The notes beneath the pieces were generated by a model. The model was not told the origin of the DNA, did not search any database, and saw nothing but the letters and a program-made list of their open reading frames with translations. A DNA stretch of 64,000 nt from Eledone cirrhosa (lineage: Eukaryota): positions 28,272,001-28,336,000 of the forward strand of contig OZ024759.1 of NCBI GenBank assembly GCA_964016885.1, written 5' to 3'. Made by a program: the position numbers and the translations under genes. Positions 56,536-64,000 of the stretch are shown here, in pieces (the stretch's first letter is position 1; the number at the start of each line of letters is the position of its first letter).

Positions 56536-56929
56536 AATATGTATATATATATATATATATTTGTATATATATGTATATATATATATATTCATATATATAT
56601 ATACATATATATGTATATGTGTGTTTGTGGTGTGGAGGTGAAAATGGGTGTTCTTTGACGTTTTTGTATATTTGCATTCAGCCAAGAGGGGAAACTATTT
56701 GTGTGTTTTGAATATATATTTTTTAAATTCTTCCCACGTAAAGAGAAGAATGGTAAATACCTAGGAGATGTTTATGGGAAGATATGCAGTTGCATTGCTT
56801 CTCTCTGTTTTATTTGTAAATGCAGGAATAAAGTAAATAAATTCCTGCTATTAACTAAATGGCAATGGATTCTTTCTGAAAGATCAGTTTACCCACGGCA
56901 TTTTGTGGCCCAGAAGGTTTTAGGAAACA

Positions 56930-57700
56930 AACATACATATATGCATACATACATACGTACGTACATACATACGTACGTACGTACATACATACATACGTAC
57001 ATACATACATACATAGGTACGTACATAGTACGTACATACATACGTACGTACATACATACATACATACGTACATACATACATACGTACGTACATACATACA
57101 TACGTACATACATACATACGTACATAGATACATACATACGTACGTACATACATACGTACATACATACATACATACGTACGTACATACGTACATACATACG
57201 TACGTACATACATACATACGTACGTACATACACACATACATACATACATACATACATACGTACGTACATACGTACGTACGTACGTACATACATACGTACA
57301 TACATACATACGTACGTACATACGTACATACATACGTACGTACATACATACGTACGTACGTACGTACGTACGTACATACATACATACATACATATATACG
57401 TACGTACGTACGTACGTACATACATACATACATACATACATACGTACGTACGTACGTACGTACATACATACATAGTACATACATACGTACATACATACAT
57501 CCATACGTACATGCATACATACGTACATACATACATACATACGTACGTACATGCATACATACATACATACATACATACATACGTACGTACATGCATACAT
57601 ACATACATACATACGTACGTACGTACATACATACATACATACATACATACATACATACATACATACATACATACGTACATAATACATACATACATACATT
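56930..57700. repeat. (TACA/TACG)n tetranucleotide satellite
   Basis: Directly visible. Confidence 0.95.
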
Positions 57701-57792
57701 TTATATATATATATATATGCATAACTTGTATAACATATACTCTACAACAATACCATATATATATACACATAAAGTACACACATAAAAACGCT

Positions 57793-57835
<43 letters not shown>

Positions 57836-58284
57836 TCGTGTGTGTGTATGTATTTATACATGCATAATCTGTATAACATACAATCTACACTAATACCATA
57901 TACACTCATACAAACACTCACAAACATGTATATATATACATGCATAATCTATATAACCATACGCTCTACACCAATAGCATATACACACACAGACGTACCA
58001 TACATATTACACACTTTACATCAATAGCATTTATACACATAAAATACATAAACATATACATACGCAACATACACTGTACGCTAATACGATATGTACACAC
58101 ACACACACATATATGTGTGTATATTTATCTATATATTCATTTCATTATAAAAATGATTCCCACAGGACTAGAACTGTTTCATTCGACGGAAATCATTAAA
58201 CCCTTCTAAAATCAATACACATATTCTTTACAAACATATTGAGTAACATTTTTAACAGCATTTGGCTCCCGATTTACATCGGGA

Positions 58285-58352
<68 letters not shown>

Positions 58353-58366
58353 ATATATATATGTGG

Positions 58367-58442
<76 letters not shown>

Positions 58443-58580
58443 TTGTGCATAGAACAATAAAAAAAAACAGAAGTCAGATGAATGTAGGTGGATTCATGAA
58501 TGGACCTGTTACTTTTTATCTAAAGACATTTTTCCAATTCCACTCCGCCCTCCCTTCAATCTATCTTATTTCTCATTCTT

Positions 58581-58616
58581 TCTTCTGATGAAGGACTAGG
58601 GTCCGAAACGTTAAGA
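58581..58616 (+). ncRNA. Minimal type I hammerhead motif
   Basis: TCTT-CTGATGA-A-GGAC-tagg-GTCC-GAAAC-GTT-AAGA, with palindromic AACGTT in stem III. Confidence 0.65.
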
Positions 58617-58707
58617 CTCTCTTCCTGCTATTCCTTCCATACACTTATTTCTGTTTACCTTTTACATACATATATATATACATATACACAGAGAGAGAGA
58701 GAGAAGG

Positions 58708-58742
<35 letters not shown>

Positions 58743-58824
58743 TTACATCTAAGAAATTAACTATATTCTATTTTGTATTAATCATAATTTTTGGTATATA
58801 TATTGGTCTTCATTAAGAAAGTTA

Positions 58825-58950
58825 ATCCTGTGAAGGATGAAATGTAAAGTTACCCTGGGTGGGATTTGAACTCAGGAACTCAGAGTGCAGAAACCCGAAA
58901 GAAACAACACACGTCCCAACTCTAACGATTCTGTCAATTCGCCGCCATTA
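58825..58950 (-). mobile_element. Diverged SINE copy
   Basis: GGATGAAATGTAAAGTTACCCTGGGTGGGATTTGAACTCAG. Confidence 0.6.
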
Positions 58951-59735
58951 ACTCATCAAATATTTTTTTACAAATAAACATTGCCAATAACAACAATACT
59001 AATCATAAACAAAACAAATAACAGTAATAATGATAATGATTTCTTTATTATAATAATAATAACAATAATAATAATGATAATAATAATAATAATATAAGCA
59101 ACAATAGTGATAACGATAAATAAAAGAAAAACGTCATTTTCTTTTAAATGATGTCTTTATTACAGAAACAAAAGATAAAAACAAGATGTCGTCTATTGGA
59201 AAAGAAGTTTTGTTGTTAACCAGATTTTATAGCTTAAATGGATTATTTTCAGTGAAATAATGGAAACCATATTTAAACAGCCCCATCTCTCTCTTACTCT
59301 CTCGATCTCTCTTTCTTTCGCTACCCTTCGTTCCCTCTCTATCACTCCCCTTTATCCCTCTCTATATCTCACTCTCTATCCCTCTCTATCTCTCCTCTCT
59401 ATCTCTCCTCTCTGTCCCTCTCTATCTCTCCTCTCTGTCCTTCTCTATCTCTCCTCTCTATATCTCCCTGTCTGTCCCTCTCTATCTCTCCTCTGTCCCT
59501 CTCTATCTCTCCTCTCTATATCTCCCTGTCTATCCCTCTCTATCTCTCCCCTTTATCCCTCTCTATATCTCCCTCTCTGTCCCTCTCTATATCTCCTCTC
59601 TCCGTGTCAATAATGGAGATAGAAATATTCCCACAAAAGAACTCTTTGTTCAGGTAAAATGGCGGAACCCATCGTTGGCAGATCATATTATTCTCTTTGT
59701 TGTTGGCATAAAGGAACTGTTCCATCGATACACTG

Positions 59736-59800
<65 letters not shown>

Positions 59801-59924
59801 TATATGTATATATATAGATGTATATATAGCTATATCTATATATATGTGCATATATATATATGCGTATATATATATGCGCATATATATATATGCATATATA
59901 TATATATATATATAATTATCTATG

Positions 59925-59984
<60 letters not shown>

Positions 59985-60035
59985 GCTATATCTATATATA
60001 TGTGCATATATATATATGCGCATATATATATATGC

Positions 60036-60066
<31 letters not shown>

Positions 60067-60673
60067 TGCATAAACAAACATATACACGTATATGTACATA
60101 CTCATACGCACACACATACACATACACTCATATATATACACAAATATTGTATATGCATGTATATATATATATAAATACGTATGCATATTTGTGTGTATAT
60201 GTGTATGTATATGTGTATATAAGTCCCATTCCACTAAAAATGTATATTGATAGCTTAGGGGGAATAACATGATAATATCGTTTTTTTTATTTTTGCTTTC
60301 TAAATAAAACTATATTTCTAACTATATCTTTTATCATTTTCTTTCGAGATTACGGCTGCCATATTGTAGATGGGCCTTAGTTACTTGTTAACATAAAGGG
60401 GACATCAGTTGTCGAGATGTTCCAGTAGGGAATGTTTTCATGCATATGGCTTTAGTTAAATGTTAATTTAAAGTGGACATTTAATGTAAAGATGACAACA
60501 TCAAGGGATATTGGGAGTAAACATGAATATTTAATATAAACAGAGGACATGTATTGAAAGGCAACAGATTCGAGTTTTAGATTTTAATTCACCATATTTT
60601 CAATACTACCACACGCACATATCTAAACTTAGTTCCACATACAGATACCCATGTGTGTATAGAACTAGGTATG

Positions 60674-60736
<63 letters not shown>

Positions 60737-61056
60737 GGATTAACAAATAATAGTTAAATGCAGTCCACTTAGGTGAAGTCCAGTTATGGTATTCCAGGTA
60801 GTGGATGATATTAACGCTTGGCTTGGTTTCACTCAACAAGGCCTTTTCATAGTGATGCTGCAGGTATGCTGTAATTCCTATGTTGTAAACACTTGGAGTA
60901 ATAATAAATCAGGAAAGAAGGTTTACATGGTTTGCGATCGAGTGACGCAAAATTAGGCGGCTAGCGATCTCTAGACATACCAGCTCAGTGAAACAAATGT
61001 AAGCTATGTGATTAAAAACTTTTTTGTATAGCAAACCATGTAAACCTTCTTTCCTG

Positions 61057-61094
<38 letters not shown>

Positions 61095-61096
<2 letters not shown>

Positions 61097-61275
61097 GTTT
61101 CTATTTTAGGCACAAGGCCAGCAATTACCCAGTACATTACTGGTACTTTATTTTATCGACCCCGTAAGGATGAAGGGCAAAGTTAACCTCGGCGGGATTT
61201 GAACTCAGAATGGCAAGGGCCGTAATTCTATGCTTTAAAGCATGGTGTCCGACTCTCTACCGATACTGCCAATCC
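61095..61275 (-). mobile_element. Abundant SINE copy
   Basis: Near match to the 8945-9135 copy. Confidence 0.8.
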
Positions 61276-61309
61276 AATGTGTGTATATATGTGTGTGCAT
61301 GGTGCATGC

Positions 61310-61345
<36 letters not shown>

Positions 61346-61404
61346 GTATGTATGTGTGTATATATATACATATATATATATGTGTGTGCGTATATATATG
61401 TATG

Positions 61405-61481
<77 letters not shown>

Positions 61482-61484
<3 letters not shown>

Positions 61485-61682
61485 AAAAGAGTCAGGACCC
61501 CGACGGCTGAGCTCCGACCGTTTCGAAAGCTACATCCGAACAGTTCGGATCTAGCTGTCGAAACGGCCGGAGCTCAGCCGTCGGGGACCTGACTCTTTTC
61601 CTATTACCCATTCTACTACCCTAAGTATCGAGTACTCTGGTGGGTTATGGTCCATCTGGTATCTTAACACACCCTCTTTCTT
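61482..61682 (+). mobile_element. Family B palindrome-plus-tail element in (TA)n (further fragment at 62090-62148)
   Basis: Palindrome 61482-61603 plus tail. Confidence 0.8.
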
Positions 61683-61692
61683 ATATATATAT

Positions 61693-62094
<402 letters not shown>

Positions 62095-62446
62095 GACTTC
62101 GCAACAACCACGGCTGAGCTATTTCCGTTTCAAAAGCTAGATCCGAACACATATATGTATATATATATGTGTGTGTGTTGTGTGTGTGCGTGTATGTGTA
62201 TTCGTATATGTTCATACACATACACAGTTACATACAAAGCAGTCGTAGTCACTGCAGATAATAATTTTTATTATACAGAAACTACGTAATATGACGGCTG
62301 AAGCCAGATAACGTCAGTCTTCTCCATATCATTTACTGCACGACACACTATTTCATATGTGTCATATATATTAATGCTGTACGACATCGTGTGGTATCCA
62401 TCAGGAATAGTGTTCCTATTCAACACTTCTTATCGTGTCCACAAGT

Positions 62447-63020
62447 GTGTCGGCTACAAAGCTTGGCTAGATGTGGTTCCGCCGCAGCTGAACACACTGC
62501 TGTCCTTTCCCATTAAACTCTGCCAAGTATAATGGTGTACAGGGGTGTTCCAGCAGGGGCCATAACTTGGGGTGCTGCGTAGTCTGTGGTTCGATGCCGC
62601 ACTCACACACAACGTTCCCAACCTTTAATATCCCCATTTTGCAAGAGTGATTTTAGCACATCCAACACCAGATCTTAGTCTGTTTCCACACTACATAGTT
62701 TTTATCTACTCGGGGGTGGGGGGCAGTGCCTCGCTCGCCTTTAGCTCCATTGTTGTTGCTGATGGGATGTTGTTAAGTTTTTCTTCTCAGCGTGGGACTG
62801 ACAACAACGGATTATATCCTTTAAATATCCTCATTTTGCCAGATTGGCTTTTGCACGACCCACACCAAATCTTAGTTTGTTGAGGCATTTCCACACTGCA
62901 TAGTTTATATCTGCTCCGGAGGAACAGTGCGTCGCTCGCCTTTAGCTCCTTTGTTCGACACCATTTGATATCTATCAAACTCTGTGCTACTACACGACGC
63001 TAGTTGATAGCTGTCACATT
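62447..63020 (-). pseudogene. Vingi/Ingi-like LINE 3' end with an internal tandem duplication
   Basis: Minus-strand frames give WKCLNKLRFGVGRAKANLAK*GY and NRLRSGVGCAKITLAKWGY..CECGIEPQTTQH..PLLEHPCTP, similar to the Vingi LNRLRTGVGR..KWG..CECG..QT..H zinc knuckle. 3' end GGACACGATAAGAAG. Confidence 0.72.
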
Positions 63021-63269
63021 TCGTTCGGTGTAAGGCCACATAGTATATCTACCAGACAGTCTGTTGTCGTATGTCAAATGTCAAATTGTGTATTTATTAA
63101 TTCCCATGTAGCCAGCATGGCTTGTAGAATCAGCAACAGATCTTATTTTGCAATGTTTTTTATGTTTTTTTTTTTTTGTTTTTCTTTTTCATTCGTAATC
63201 TGGTGGAATAGTAATTATACAAAATCGATAATAAATTATTTGTAATCTGTTTTAATAGTGAATAGGCGC

Positions 63270-63612
63270 CGAGTTGACATGTCAGATAGATTCGTTAGAA
63301 TGTCAGATAGATTCCTTTGCGGTATTCGTTTTGTTTTTCTGCTTCCTGAGTTCAAAATCGGCCGAGGTCAACTTTGCCTTTCATCCATTCAAGGTGGAGG
63401 AAATAAGTACCAGTCTAGTACTGGGGGTCGATTCTTCCTCTTTATCTCTTTCTTATATCCATTCTGTCACTTTCTATCCTTCTCTGAAAGAAATATCTTG
63501 TATTCAGACTTGAAGAGGAGATTGGCTCCGCTAGGTTTTAAAAAGCCCTAGAAATGCTGTACGACAATATGGTGCCCTACGACCCCTCGTATGTGAAGGG
63601 ATCATTCCATAC
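63270..63612 (+). mobile_element. SINE with extended 3' region
   Basis: CTGAGTTCAAAATCGGCCGAGGTCAACTTTGCCTTTCATCC..AGTACCAGTCTAGTACTGGGGGTCGATT, plus the extension shared with 21312-21650. Confidence 0.7.
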
Positions 63613-64000
63613 CTAACCATAATATTGAATAAGCGGTAAATTGACAGAGTCATTAAAACAGCGCCCTCTGGCCCTTCTCAAGGCCCCCTGGTGGGAAGTA
63701 ACGCCGAATTTGAGAACCTCTGCTTTAGAATGTCGGGTAGAACGCTGTATATCAATACAAAAATATTGTTTTCCTGATAGAAAATGAGTTTTATGGAAGA
63801 AAAAAGGAGAAAAATACAGAACATATTTCTAACTTAAGTTTATTGGTTTAGCGTTTTGTTTTTATTTTAGTTGAAGAATTTAGAAACGTTAACACGGTTT
63901 ATTTGAAATTCTCTTCTGATAGACACAGGAATTGCAGATGTACAGGTTCATACACACACACATACATACATACATGCATACATACATACATACATATATA

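Overview
Repeat-dominated, AT-rich eukaryotic non-coding DNA. The SINE families and the extreme (TA)n density look like octopus/coleoid cephalopod genomic DNA (inference). I cannot support any intact host gene: almost all ORFs in the track are translations of microsatellites. The only recognisable coding remnants are decayed non-LTR retrotransposons (RTE-type RT fragments at 17.1-18.1 and 24.7-25.4 kb, RTE-like 3' ends with (GAA)n tails, a Vingi-like 3' end at 62.4-63.0 kb) and a possible Penelope GIY-YIG C-terminus at 9.57-9.63 kb. The main signal is RNA-based. A 5.1-kb array of a near-identical non-coding 426-bp unit (40.8-45.9 kb) flips orientation mid-array, and every unit carries a type I hammerhead ribozyme with a long extended stem I, i.e. 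a retrozyme / Penelope-pLTR-like concatemer. Around it, several unrelated short families carry complete or partial hammerhead motifs. Many insertions share one layout: an inverted repeat plus a one-sided tail, sitting inside a (TA)n tract. A SINE fragment also shows this layout. Together this suggests a (TA)n-targeting, Penelope-like retrotransposition system that also moves non-autonomous RNAs. All ribozyme calls come from manual base-pairing and are not experimentally or computationally validated.
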